Source: Anaeramoeba ignava BMAN
Lineage: Eukaryota > Protista > Anaeramoebae
Direction of reading: 5' to 3'
NCBI GenBank assembly: GCA_028826165.1
Contig: JAPDFW010000025.1
Coordinates: 1-64,000, forward strand
DNA: 64,000 nucleotides
A program made the position numbers and the translations under genes. Of this stretch, positions 51,471 to 64,000 are shown one piece after another. The notes beneath the pieces were generated by a model that saw only the letters and a list, made by a program, of their open reading frames with translations, did no database searches and was not told where the DNA came from. How positions within the stretch are numbered: the stretch's first letter is position 1; the number at the start of each line of letters is the position of its first letter.

Positions 51471-52887
51471 TTAGACTTTTTCTTGTTTTAAACCATCTTT
51501 AAAGTACCAGAAATCTTGAGAAAGACCATCATCACCAAATTTGGAAAGAATTAAAGCTCCATCAGGATTTGAACTTTCACCAAGATAGAAACTATATTCA
51601 TCGAAATCTTTCATAACGGTTTTGACAAATTCTTGTGCACCTTTCATAAAAGCATCTAATCTTGATGGATTAGCTTTTTCAAGATGTCCTTTGATTTTTT
51701 TCATATATTCTTTAATTAAAGGAACAAAACTTTTTTTATTCAAGTCAATGGCTAAAAAATAACAAATAAATTTTAATTTTTAAATTTTAATTTTTAATTT
51801 TAATTATAATTTTAATTCTAATTCTAATTTTAATTTTAAATTTAATTTTAATTCTAATTTTAATTCTAATTTTAATTTTAATTTAATTTTAATTTTAATT
51901 TTAATTTTAATTTTAATTTTAATTTTTAATTCTAATTTTAATTCTAAATTTAATTTTAATTTTAATTTTAATTTTTAAAAAGAATTTTAATTTTAATTTG
52001 AATTTTAATTTTAATTTTAATTTTAATTCTAATTTTAATTTTAATTTTAATTTTAATTTTAATTTTAATTTTAATTTTTAATTTTAATTTTAATTTTAAT
52101 TTTAATTTTAATTTTAATTTTAATTTAAATTTTTAATTTTAATTTAAAATTTTAATTTTAATTTTTAATTTTAATATTAATTTTAATTTTAATTTTAATT
52201 TTAATTTTAATTTTAATTTTAATTTTAATTTTAATTTTAAATTTTAATTTTAATTTTAATTTTAATTTTAATTTTAATTTTAATTTTAATTTTAATTTTA
52301 ATTTTAATTCTAATTTTAATTTTTATTTAAATTTTAATTTGAATTATAATTTTAATTCTAATTTTAATTTTAATTTTAAATTTAATTTTAATTTTATAAA
52401 TGAATTTAAATTTAATTTTAATTTTAATTTTTATTTAAATTTTAATTTTAATTTTATAAATGAATTTTAATTTTAATTTTAATTTTAATTTTTATTCTAA
52501 TTTTATTTTTATTTTTAATTTTAATTTTTATTTTAAATTTTAATTTTAATTCTAATTTTAATTTTAAATTTTATTAATTGATAACGAACGCTTTAAATTA
52601 AATGCATCAATAATATCAATAATTGATTCTGTTCCATCATCTAATTGTTGTTCATCATTTGAAGGAATTCCAAGATCATTTGATTTTGTAATTAACTTTT
52701 TTTTTTTATTATGATTAAAAAAAAATTTTTTTTATTAAATTTTTCTATTTTTGTTTTTATTTGTCTTAAAATTTTATTTCTATTTTACTTTTCCATGAGC
52801 TTCAATTAAAATATCACCAACTTCTTTTACTCCAAATGCACTTGAAATTACTTCTTCTCCTGTAAAAACACACTTATAAATATTCAT
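51471..52887 (-). CDS. TCTP: Translationally controlled tumour protein (TCTP), 3 exons
   Basis: MNIYKCVFTGEEVISSAF..., IDIIDAFNL, KKSFVPLIKEYMKKIK, FYLGES.NPDG, YFKDGLKQEKV. Confidence 0.92.
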
Positions 52888-53131
52888 TTCTCTATTATTA
52901 TTATAATTATTATTATTTTTTTTTCAATAAAATAAAATGAAAAAAATGAAAAAAAAATTTTTTTTCTTTTTTTATTTTTTAAATTAAAAAAAAAAAGGAG
53001 AAAAATAATTAATTAAAAAATAAAAATAGAGAAAAAAAATCTTTTTTTTATTTTTTTTTCTTTTTCATTTTTTTTCTTTTTCTTTTTTCTTTTTTCCAAT
53101 TTTTTTTTTTAAAATAAATACAAAAAATAAA

Positions 53132-56100
53132 ATGCAGAATCAATTAGAAAAAATAAATGGAGTCATAACAAAATATCGAAATAGAAAAAAATATACTGAA
53201 TACAAACTTGTTCTTACAAGAGATACTGAAAAATGGAAAATTTATAAAAGATATTCCGATTTTCATACTCTTCATAAAAAAGTAAACAATTTCCACTATC
53301 CCAATTATAATTATAATATTAATTATAATTTTAATTTTAAATATAATTTGAATTTTAATTCTAATTTTAATATTAATTTTAATTTTAATATTAATATTAA
53401 TATTAATTTTAATTCTAATTCTAATTCTAATTCTAATATTAATTTTAATTTTAATATTAATATTAATATTAATTATAATATTAATTTTTTAAATATAATT
53501 TGAATTTTAATTATAATTTTAATATTAATTATAATTTTAATATTAATTCTAATTTTAATTCTAATTTTAATATTAATTTTAATTTTAATATTAATATTAA
53601 TATTAATTTTTAATTTTAATTTTAATATTAATTCTAATTCTAATTCTAATTCTAATTCTAATTCTAATTCTAATTTTAAATATAATTTTTTAAATATAAT
53701 TTTAAATATAATTTGAATTTTAATTCTAATTTTAATATTTATTTTATTTTTACCCATTTTAATTTTTTTTATTTTAATTCAATTAATTCTAATTCTAATT
53801 CTAATTCTAATTCTAATTTCTAATTCTAATTCTAATTCTAATTATTAATTTTTAATTTTTAATTTTAATATTAATTTTTAATTTTAATTTTAATTTTAAT
53901 TTTAATTTAATTTTAATTTTAATTTTAATTTTAATTCTAATTCTAATTCTAATTCTAATTCTAATTCAATTCTAATTCTAATTTTAATTTTAATTTTAAT
54001 TTTAATTTTAATTTTAATTCTAATTCCAATTCTAATTCTAATTTAATTTTAATTCTAATTCTAATTCTAATTTTTAATTTTTAATTTTAATTCAATTCTA
54101 ATTCTAATTTTAATTTTAATATTCTAATTAATTCTAATTCTAATATTAATTTTAATTTTAATTTTTTTAATTCTAATATTAATTTTTAATTTTTTTAATT
54201 TTAATTTTAATTTTAATTTTACCCCACCCCAATTCTAATTCCAATTCTAATTCTAATTTTAATTTTTTAATTTTAATATTAATTCTAATTATAATTCTTT
54301 AATTAATTCTAATTCTAATTCTAATTCTAATTCTAATTCTAAATTCTAATTTAATTTTAATTTTAATTTTAATTTTAATTTTAATTTTAATTTTAATTTT
54401 AATTTTAATTTTAATTCTAATTCTAATTTAATTTTAATTTTAATTTTAATTCTAATTTTAATTCTAATTTTAATTCTAATTTTAATTCTAATTTTAATTT
54501 TAATTTTAATTTTAATTTTAATTTTAATTTTAATTTTAATTTTAATTCAAAATAAAGCTTGAAGAAAGATTTCCAGTAGAATCTTTAAAATTTACAATGC
54601 CTCCAAAAAAGGTATTTGGAAAAATGAAAGAGAAAGTTGTGAGCAATCGAGTATCACAATTCAACACATATTTACAACAAATTTTATCATCAGAAACAGT
54701 TAGGCAATCAAGTTTAGTTTTAAATTTTATTGGATATGTAAAAATTTTTTTTTCAATTTTTTATTGAAAGTCAACTAACAAAAAAAACTTATTTCAAAAT
54801 AATTATAGTGTCCTAGAATCTCAGGAAGTAATTTTTTATAGGAATTAAAACAATTATTTCATATATTTAGTTTGCAATTAATTAGTATTTTATTAATTTA
54901 AATTATTTTGTGATTGAAATTTTTTTTTTCAAATTAGAATGGACAAAAATTCAACATAAAGGAGATATTCCACCTCCAAGAACTTTTTCAAATATTTTTA
55001 TTTATGAAAAATTATTATATTTATTTGGTGGTTCATCATTAAAATCAGAGAGTTTTAATGATCTTTATTCATATGATTTTGGTATATTTATTTAAATTAA
55101 TTTATTAAAATTTATTTATTTAAATTAATTTATTTAAATTTATTTATTAAAATTTATTTATTAAAATTTATTAATTTAAATTTATTTATTTAAATTTATT
55201 TATTTAAATTTATTTATTTAAATTTATTTATTTAAATTTATTTATTTAAATTTATTTATTTAAATTTATTTATTAAAATAGAAGCAAATATTTGGAAACA
55301 AGAAGAAATTGGAGGAGAAGCGCCAGATACTAAAAATAATACTATTGTTTTTGCAAATGGATTGATTTATTTATTAGGAGGATTCAGAGGAGAAATTGAA
55401 ACTGAATCTTTTTCACAAAATTTAAATGAATTTTATATATTAGATATAAGTAAATCAAATTATAATTATAATCAAAATTAAAATTAAAATGAAAATGAAA
55501 ATTAAAATTAAAATCAAAATTAAAATTAAAATTAAAATGAAAATTAAAATTGAAATTAAAATTAAAATCAAAATGAAAATGAAAATGAAAATGAAAATTA
55601 AAATTAAAATTAAAATCAAAATATTTATATTTTTATTTATATTAAAATTAAAATGAAATTCAAAATTAAAATTAAAATTAAAATATTTATATTTTTATTT
55701 ATATTTATATTTATATTAAATTTAAAATATTTATATCTGTATTTATATCAAAATTAAAATTCAAAAAAATAAGTTAAAAAACAATGGTCAAAAATCGAAG
55801 CAAAAGGTGAAACTATCACAGAACAAATACAAGCAGCTATATATCACAAAGACAAAATTTTCTGCTTCAGCTATTTTGTAACACCACATCCAACAATCTA
55901 CATTTTAGATTTAGCAGAGAACAGCGTGAAAAAAACAGAGACAAAAAATACATGCGAAGCAACTTCACTTTTGAATTTCATCGGAGTCGGAGAAAATGCA
56001 TTGATTTTTGGGGGTAAATCCCTGATGACAACAGAAAACTTTGGAAACCTTTTAATACTAAATCTAGGGGAATTGCGCTTCAGGGAAATTCACCCTCTTA

Positions 56101-56549
56101 ATACATTCACTGATCTTGCAAGACATTCGGGATCTTTGACATTTGTCCCTAAAAGAATATCGTCTTTAAACTCACTAAATATTGAGGAAGAAAACATACA
56201 ATCTCTCCCAGAAAATGAGCGCAATCCAACAGTAAAATCACCGCTTGTTGGAGGGCTTATTATCATGGGAGGATACCAAGATAGTCACCAATTGCATTCT
56301 TTCGAAACCTTTTTTTGGTTCGATTTATCCGAACAGAAATTCTTCAAAATTCTAAATGCAAAACTCCAGTCAAATTCAAACAATCTTGAAGACCTGAATC
56401 AAGAAAAATATCTTAATGTCCCCGCTGATAGATACGGTCAATCAGCTATTTATCATAATAATAAAATCTTTCTTTTTGGTGGTGGTGGTGTTGATGAATA
56501 TCATAATAAGAAATTCTTTAATGATTTATGGGTTTTTCAATTCGATTAA
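53132..56549 (+). CDS. PX domain + Kelch-repeat protein, multi-exon
   Basis: PX motifs KRYSDFHTLHKK and PPKKVFG...R...FNTYLQQIL. Kelch motifs GDIPPPR..LYLFGG..FNDLY and RYGQSAIYHNNKIFLFGG..FNDLW. Includes a 19-nt exon near 54809-54827. Confidence 0.85.
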
Positions 56550-57422
56550 TTTTTTGCTTTTTTCTTATTTTTTTTCTTTCTTATTTTTTTTGATTTTATT
56601 TTTCATATTATTTTTAGCTATTTGTTTTTGAAGGTTTTGGGTTGAAATAAATTAAGTAACTTTTTCAATTTTCAATTTTAATTTTCAATTTATAATTTTT
56701 ATAAGTTTTGCTTGTCGAATATTAACTTGATTTTTTCTTTTGTATTTGATCTCTTTATCTTATTTTTCTGTAAATTCGAAATTTGTTGTTTCTATTTTTA
56801 TTATATAAATGAATTAATTTCGAATTAAAATTTTGATCAACTTTTTTTATTTGAATTTTCTTTGTTGTTTTTCTAATTGAATTTTATTTCAAATTGAATT
56901 TAAAGTTTAGCTGTTTTATTGTCGAGTTGTTATTTTTATTGATTTAATCTTTCTGCTTTATTTGTTTTATTGGGATCTTTTTTATTTTTAATTTTTATTT
57001 ATTTTTTATTGATTTATTTAAATAATTTTAAAATGCGAACAAGTTATTTTTCTTATTTTTTTCTTTTTTGTTTTATAAAAAATGATCAAAATAAATTGTA
57101 ATTGAAATAAATTAAAAAGAAAAAGAGGGATTATTTAATTCCTTTCAATTTAATTTCAATTATTTATTTATTAATTATTTTAAAAAGAAATATTAATACT
57201 TACTTTCTCCATTTTTAGTTTAGAATTAATAAAAAAGAATAAGAAAAAAAAAAAAAAAATTTTTTTATTATTTTTAGAGATCAGTTTATTTTAAATTTTT
57301 ATTTTATTTTTATTTTTATTTATTTTGTGAAAAAAATTTTCTTGTTATTTGTCATTCATTTTTTTACTTTTACTTTTAATTTTACTTTTACTTTTGTTTT
57401 ATTTTTTTTTATTACAGTTTAA

Positions 57423-59533
57423 ATGGGAAATCAACAAGTAAATCCAAACATAAAAGAGCTTAAATCTTCAACGTATTCAAAACTAATTCACAATTCAACT
57501 GAACCAATTCTTTGTATTGACACTGAAGGTAATTTAACTCAAGCAAACCAAGCATTAGCTAGATTAATTAAAACAAAGTCAAGAAAAACTCTTTTAAAAA
57601 TGTCAATTTGGTCCATTTCTCCAAAAGTTCAACCAAATATTGATACAACTTCTGGGGGAATATTAAGATATTATTCTCAAAAAATGCTTGAGTAAGTTAA
57701 TTAAAAAACCAAAAAAAAAAATTTTTTTTCAATAGCGATCTTTTAAGAAAAATTTTTATTTAATTCTAATTATAATTTTTATTTAAATTTACTTATTCAA
57801 TTAATTTTATTTTTTAATTTTAAATTCAATTTTAATATAAATAAAAAATAAATTTCAAACTGATCAATTATTGAAATTGTTCCAAATCATTACAACTTTT
57901 ATTTCAATTTAATATTCAATTTAATATTTAATTTAATATTCAATTTAATTTGATCAACTTATTAATTCAATATTTAATTCAAATCAACTTATTAATTCAA
58001 TTTAATTCAAATCAATTTAATTTAATTCAATTCAATATTCAATTCAATTTAATTCAATATTTAATTCAATATTTAATATTCAATTCAATATTTAATATTC
58101 AATTCAATATTTAATATTCAATATTCAATATTCAATTCAATATTCAATTCAATATTTAATTCAATATTCAATTCAATATTTAATTCAATTTAATTCAATA
58201 TTCAATTCAATATTCAATTCAATATTAATTCAAATCAATTTAATTCAATTCAATATTCAATTCAATATTCAATTCAATTCAATTCAATTCAATTCAATTT
58301 AATTCAATATTCAATATCCAATATTCAATATTCAATATTCAATTCAATATTCAATTCAATATTCAATTCAATATTCAATTCAATATTCAATATTCAATTC
58401 AATATTCAATATTCAATTCAATATTCAATTCAATATTCAATTTAATATTCAAATCAATTTATTAATTCAAATCAATATTTAATATTTAATATTTAATTCA
58501 AATCAATATTCAATATTCAATTTAATATTCAATTCAATATTCAATTTAATATTCAATTTAATATTCAATATTCAATATTTAATATTCAATATTTAATTCA
58601 ATTCAATATTTAATTCAATATTTAATTCAATATTCAATATTCAATATTTAATTTAATATTCAATTTAATATTCAATTCAATTCAATATTAAATTCATTTT
58701 AATTCATTGATTGATTTAGGAGCCCAAATTCAGCAATCGATTTCGACTTCCAAATTAAAACTTTGCATGGAGAGCTTATTTGGACTCACATTTGGGCTAC
58801 ACCATTGATACTAAACTCAAAATACACAATCCAATTAATCATCCGAGAAAAAACCGCACTAACATCAAACACATCTTCAAGACTCTCAGAAACTATCATT
58901 TCACAAGAATACACCCAAAGCTCAGACCACACAGATTACTCGGAAAACGAAAAAACAGGAGAAAGTATCGACAAAGACATGATGAGCGATATCTCCAATC
59001 ACAGTGAACAAACCAAATCCAAAAATGAAATTATTCCAACAAATCAAATTCAAATAAACTCAAACAGTCCCTCAATTTCTCCAATGCTAAAACGGTTCGC
59101 AATCTCAAATTCACAGAATCAATCACAAAAACAAAGTATGATGTCTATTGAACCAATTGATCTGGATCAAATGATGCAAAAAATCGAAGATCAAATTGAA
59201 GAACTTTCAAACCAAAAATTCTTAATAATGCAACTTAAAATCGCAAACGATAAACTACTTAAAGTTACAAACGAAAGAAACAAAGAAAGAGATGAATTGA
59301 AAAAATTAAAGATGGAATTAGATGATGCTAAAAAATCTATTACTGATTTGGAATCTAAAATTGAAGAAAAAGATGCTCATTTAACTAAAGTTGTTGAAAA
59401 GAAAAAAAGCGCAGTTTCTCAATTGAAAATTTTAAAAACTGATTTGGAAAAACAAAAAAATGAAGTTGTCCGTTTATCTAATCGATTAAAAATAACTGAA
59501 GAAGCTAAACAAAATTTGGAGAAATTGATTTGA
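57423..59533 (+). CDS. PAS-domain protein with C-terminal coiled coil, MG N-terminus
   Basis: STEPILCIDTEGNLTQANQAL...SISPKVQP...DFDFQIKTLHGELIWTHIWAT (PAS/PAC pattern). Intron ~57691-58719 is filled with (aattc/aatattc)n. Confidence 0.8.
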
Positions 59534-60453
59534 TTTGATTTCCTTTTTTTTTCTTACTTGTTTTCGTTTTCCTTTTCTTTTTCTTTTTCCACTTTTTTTT
59601 TTTTGAAAGAAATTTAATTAAAAAAAAAAATTTTTTTTTATTTTTTTTTCATAAAGAAGTTTATTCAAAAATAAGTACATAATTAATTTATAAGCCTATT
59701 ACTTTAAATTGATCTAAGTAATATTTTAAATTTTAAAAGAAAAAGAAAAACAAAAAAAAGATCTAAAATTAAATTATTTACAAAGGGGATTTTAATTAAA
59801 AATTTAAATTAAAAATTTTAAGTTAAAAATTGAAATTTTAAATAAGATGATGTGTTGGAAGTTTATTGTTTATTTAAAAAGCAAAAAATTTATTTTAATT
59901 TAAAAAATAATTCTGGCAAAGAAAAAGAAAATTTTAAAATTAGAAATAAAAGAAAATAAAACTAAATAAAACAAATTTAAATTTAATAAGAAAATAGAAA
60001 TGATCATTTTGAATTTTTTTTTTCTTTTTATTTTGAATTTTTTCTTTTTATTTTAAATTTTTTCTTTTTATTTTAAATTGAAAATGGCAAAATTTGGATT
60101 TTTTTTTCTTCTTTTTAAATCCAATTTTAAACAAAAAACCATTTAAAATTAAGTAAATAGAATAAATTCTTTTAAAGGGAATTGTTTTAATTTAAAATTT
60201 TTAAATTAAAAAAAAATTTTTTTTTCTTCTTTTTGTTTATTTATTTTTATTTTATTTTTATTTATTTTATTTTTATTTGTGGGGGCATTATTTAAAATTT
60301 AATTAAATTTTTTTTTTTTTAAGATCTTTCTTTTTTATTTTTTTTTTTGTTTTTTTTTCTCATTCATTTTTCTCTTTTTATTTTTATTTTTATTTTTATT
60401 ATTTTTTTATTATTTTTATTTTTTTTCTTTTTTTAATTTAAAACAAAAACAAC

Positions 60454-60839
60454 ATGCAAGTTTTTTTAACACCTTCACAATTAAACAACATTAAACATTT
60501 TCAACAAGTTACAAAATGCACAGATTTTGAAGAATGTATCAGATTTTTAAACTCAGCTGATTGGTTTGTTGATGTAAATTTATTTTATTTTTTTATTTTT
60601 ATTTTTATTTTATTTATTTTTATTTTGCTTTTTTTTTTTATTTATTTTTTTTTATTGTTGAATTTTCCTTTTCGATCAATGATCAAATTAATAATAATTT
60701 AATTTGAATTTAATTTGAATTTAATTTGAATTTAATTTATATTTATTGAGATTTACAATTTTCCCCTTTTTTTATTTTATTTTTAATTTTTTATAAATAA
60801 GAAAAAAAATAAGAAAAAATTTTTGATTAATTTTTTTAA

Positions 60840-60870
<31 letters not shown>

Positions 60871-61732
60871 GCAAGCAATCGCTCTTCAAGCTTTATGTAC
60901 TCTAACTTCAATTCCTGTTCATCCCATAAACCAAGATCAAATCCAATCCAAAATCCAACAAGAAACTCACACCCAAATCAGTCAACCAACAACAGATACA
61001 GAACAAAAAGAAACAAGAAGAAGACTTCTTTTACGAACAAAAAGAAAATGCCAAGATTTATCTATCGACACGACATCAACAACAACACCATCAACATCAC
61101 CAGCACCATCAACACCAAACGGCGCCACAACAAAGAACACACTCACCTTAGAACAAGCACGCAAGCTGACAACTAACAAAACCCCCAATTCGGATTCAGA
61201 TGCCGATTCGGACCTTGAAATGCTTAAGAAATCACGCACAAAACCTCGTTGTTCAAGATCTCTTGAAGAAATTCTCAACGGTCAACCCTTATCGATCCGT
61301 CCGCTCCAAATCTTTCTTTCTCAGAAACCCACTCCGAGATGGGATGTCCGTCTTGATGCCTTGAAACGCTTCCGTCCAGATCTTATTCGCGGATATCCAG
61401 AGCTTCTTGAGAAATCAAAACAACTTGAAAATGATGAGCAAAATTCCCAACAAAATTCCCAATTCCATCAATGTCAAAATCCAACTCAATGTCAAGCTCA
61501 ATGCCAAAATTCTTTTCCTGATCCTTCTGCTTGTCATGTTGACAGCCAAAAAAAATTAACTCTCAAAATTAAAGTTCTTAAAGATATCTTCCAATATTTC
61601 CCTCAAGTCAAACAGAATAAGAAGTACAGAAGAAATCTCCAACGTGGTTTGATCAAGCATTTTGATAATCTTGGTTTCCGTTATTCTCCAATTATGCATG
61701 GCAACAAACTTGTCTTTGTTCGTGAAATTTAA
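60454..61732 (+). CDS. Protein with N-terminal UBA-like domain, low-complexity linker and unknown C-terminal domain
   Basis: IKHFQQVTKCTDFEECIRFLNSADWFVD|QAI matches the UBA-like pattern. Intron 60574-60871 joins in frame with ORF 61220-61732. Confidence 0.7.
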
Positions 61733-62003
61733 TCTTTACTTTTATTTTTCACAAATTCCTTTTATTTCGTAAATTAGCTTTTTTTTCTTTTTCCTTTTTT
61801 CTTTTCTTTTCTTTTCTTTTTTCGTAAATTAGCTTTTATTTTTTTCCTTTTTTCTTTTTCCGTATATTATCATTTATTTTTATCCTTTTTTTTTTACTTC
61901 GTTCATTAGCTTTTTTTTTATCCTTTTTTTAAATAAAAAAAATTTTTTAAATTTTTTCATTTTTTCATTTTTTCTTTTTTCTTTTTATTATTTTTTCTTT
62001 AAA

Positions 62004-62195
62004 ATGAAAATTACTTTGTTTTGTGATGGTTTTGATCCTTTAATTGTTGAAGTTGAAAAAAGTCTTCCTGTTAGTTTTTATATTTCAATTTTTTTTTTTT
62101 TTAATTTTTTTTCCTTTTTAATTTTCTTTTTTTTTTTCTTAAAACAATTAAAAAAAAAAAAGGTTTCTCAAATTCAAAAACAAGTTGCTGATTTT
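62004..62195 (+). CDS. First two exons of a gene continuing beyond the window (possibly ubiquitin-like N-terminus)
   Basis: MKITLFCDGFDPLIVEVEKSLP|VSQIQKQVADF, preceded by TTTTCATTTT and followed by GTAAT and a long hexamer-repeat intron. Confidence 0.5.
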
Positions 62196-64000
62196 GTAAT
62201 ATTCCTTTTACAATTTCAAATTCAAATTCAAATTCAATTTCAATTTCAATTTCGAAATTAAAATTCAAAATCAATTTAAAATCAAATTCTAAATCAATTT
62301 AAAATTAAATTCTAAATCAAATTCAAAATCAAAATTCAAATTCAAATTAAAATTAAAATCAAAATCAAAATCGAAATTAAAATTCAAATTCAATTTTAAA
62401 TTCAAAATCAAAATCAAAATCAATTTCAAATTCAAAATTAAAATCAAATTCAATTTCAAAATCAAAATCAAATTCAAAATCAAAATCAAAATTCAAAATC
62501 AAAATTAAAATCAAAATCAAATTCAAATTCAAATTAAAAATTCAAATTAAAATTCAAAATCAAATCAAAATCAAAATCAAATTCAAAATTAAAATCAAAA
62601 TCAAAATCAAATTCAAAATCAAAATCAAATTCAAATTCAAATTCAAATTCAAATTCAAAATCAAAATCAAATTCAAATTCAAATTCAAATTCAAATTTCA
62701 AATTAAAATCAAAATTCAAATTCAAATTCAAATTCAAATTCAAAATCAAAATCAAAAAAAATCAAAATCAAAATCAAAATCAAAAATTCAATTTCAAAAA
62801 TTTCAAATTCAAAAAATTCAAATTCAAATCAAAAATCAAAATCAAAATCAAAATCAAATTCAAATTTCAATTAAAATTTCAAATTCAAAAATTCAAAATC
62901 AAACTCAAATTCAAATTCAAAATCAAAATCAAAAATCAAAATCAAAATCAAATTCAATTTCAATTTCAAATTCAAAATTAAAATCAAATCAAATTCAAAA
63001 TCAAATTCAAAAAATCAAAATTCAAATTCAAAATCAAAATCAAAATCAAATTCAAAAAAATCAAATTCAAAATCAAAATTAAAAATCAAAATCAAAATTC
63101 AAAATCAAAATCAAATTCAAAATCAAAATCAAATTCAAAATCAAAATTAAAATTAAAATCAAAATCAAAATCAAAATCAAAATCAAAATCAAAATCAAAA
63201 TCAAAATTCAAAATCAAATTCAAATTCAAAATTCCAAATTCAAAATTCAAATTCAAAATTAAAAAATTTCAAAATTAAAAATTAAAAAAAAATTTAAAAT
63301 CAAAATCAAAATCAAATTTTCAAATTCAAAATCAAATTCAAAATCAAATTCAAATTTAAAATAAAAATCAAAATAAAAATCAAAATCAAATTCAAATTCA
63401 AATTAAATTAAAAATCAAATAAATTAAAATCAAAATCAAAATTAAAAAAAAATCAAAATCAAAATCAAAATCAAATTAAAATCAAAATCAAAAAATCAAA
63501 ATCAAAATTCAAAAATCAAAATCAAAATCAAAATCAAAATTAAATTCAAAATCAAAATAAAAATCAAAATCAAAATCAAATTAAATTCAAATTCAAAATC
63601 AAAATCAAAATCAAAATCAAAATCAAATTCAAAATTAAAATCAAAATCAAAATCAAATTCAAAATCAAAATCAAAATCAAAATCAAAATCAAAATCAAAA
63701 TCAAAATCAAAATTAAAATCAAATTTAAAATCAAAATTTTAATATGAAATTCAAATTCAAATTTAAAATTCAAATGGAAATTCAAATTTAAAACAAAATT
63801 CAAATTATAAAATTCAAAAAGACAAATTGAAAAAAAAACAATGTAAATTTGAAAAATCAAATCAAAATTCAATTTCAAATTCAAATTCAAAATCAAATTC
63901 AAAATCAAAATCAAAATCAAAATCAAAATCAAAATCAAATCCAAATTAAAATCAAAATCAAAATCAAAATCAAATTAAAAATTTAAAATCAAATTAAAAT
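62196..64000. repeat. (aaaatc/aaattc)n hexamer tract, probably intronic
   Basis: Direct reading. Confidence 0.9.

Noticed and set aside
13765-63944. Numerous poly-IL/KI/FD/NF ORFs (e.g. 13765, 19741, 21001, 21759, 22830, 53473, 62289-63944)
   Set aside because: Stop-free frames of hexamer repeats in introns, or antisense to NQ tracts.
1-64000. tRNA, rRNA, telomeric repeats or transposase/RT genes
   Set aside because: None recognisable by eye. Small ncRNAs cannot be excluded without a covariance-model search.

Overview
Extremely AT-rich eukaryotic (protist) DNA with GT-AG introns, many of them bloated by simple repeats, and several large satellites. The intein, NQ/NE-repeat proteins, RCC1-BTB/ANK-BTB genes and Inr-like promoters suggest an anaerobic metamonad such as Anaeramoeba (inference). 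About 21 genes can be read: a disrupted tandem Rho-like GTPase, 3 RCC1-BTB genes, a ~37-repeat ankyrin-BTB gene, an ARM-repeat protein, a coiled-coil protein, TMEM33-like, a multipass membrane protein, Nup107-like, an ankyrin-pseudokinase-HECT gene, kinesin-8, two FAD oxidoreductase paralogues, EMC7, MOB, TCTP, PX-Kelch, PAS-coiled-coil, a UBA-like protein and a truncated gene. Two features stand out. (1) Not visible in the ORF track: the HECT gene's ankyrin domain (29215-30864, minus) has one exon per repeat, interleaved with ten predicted single-codon (3-nt) micro-exons that supply the variable hairpin residues. The neighbouring intronless ankyrin-BTB gene varies most at the same two positions. 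(2) A 346-aa intein with a degenerate LAGLIDADG domain interrupts the kinesin P-loop. All gene models are manual and have no transcript support.
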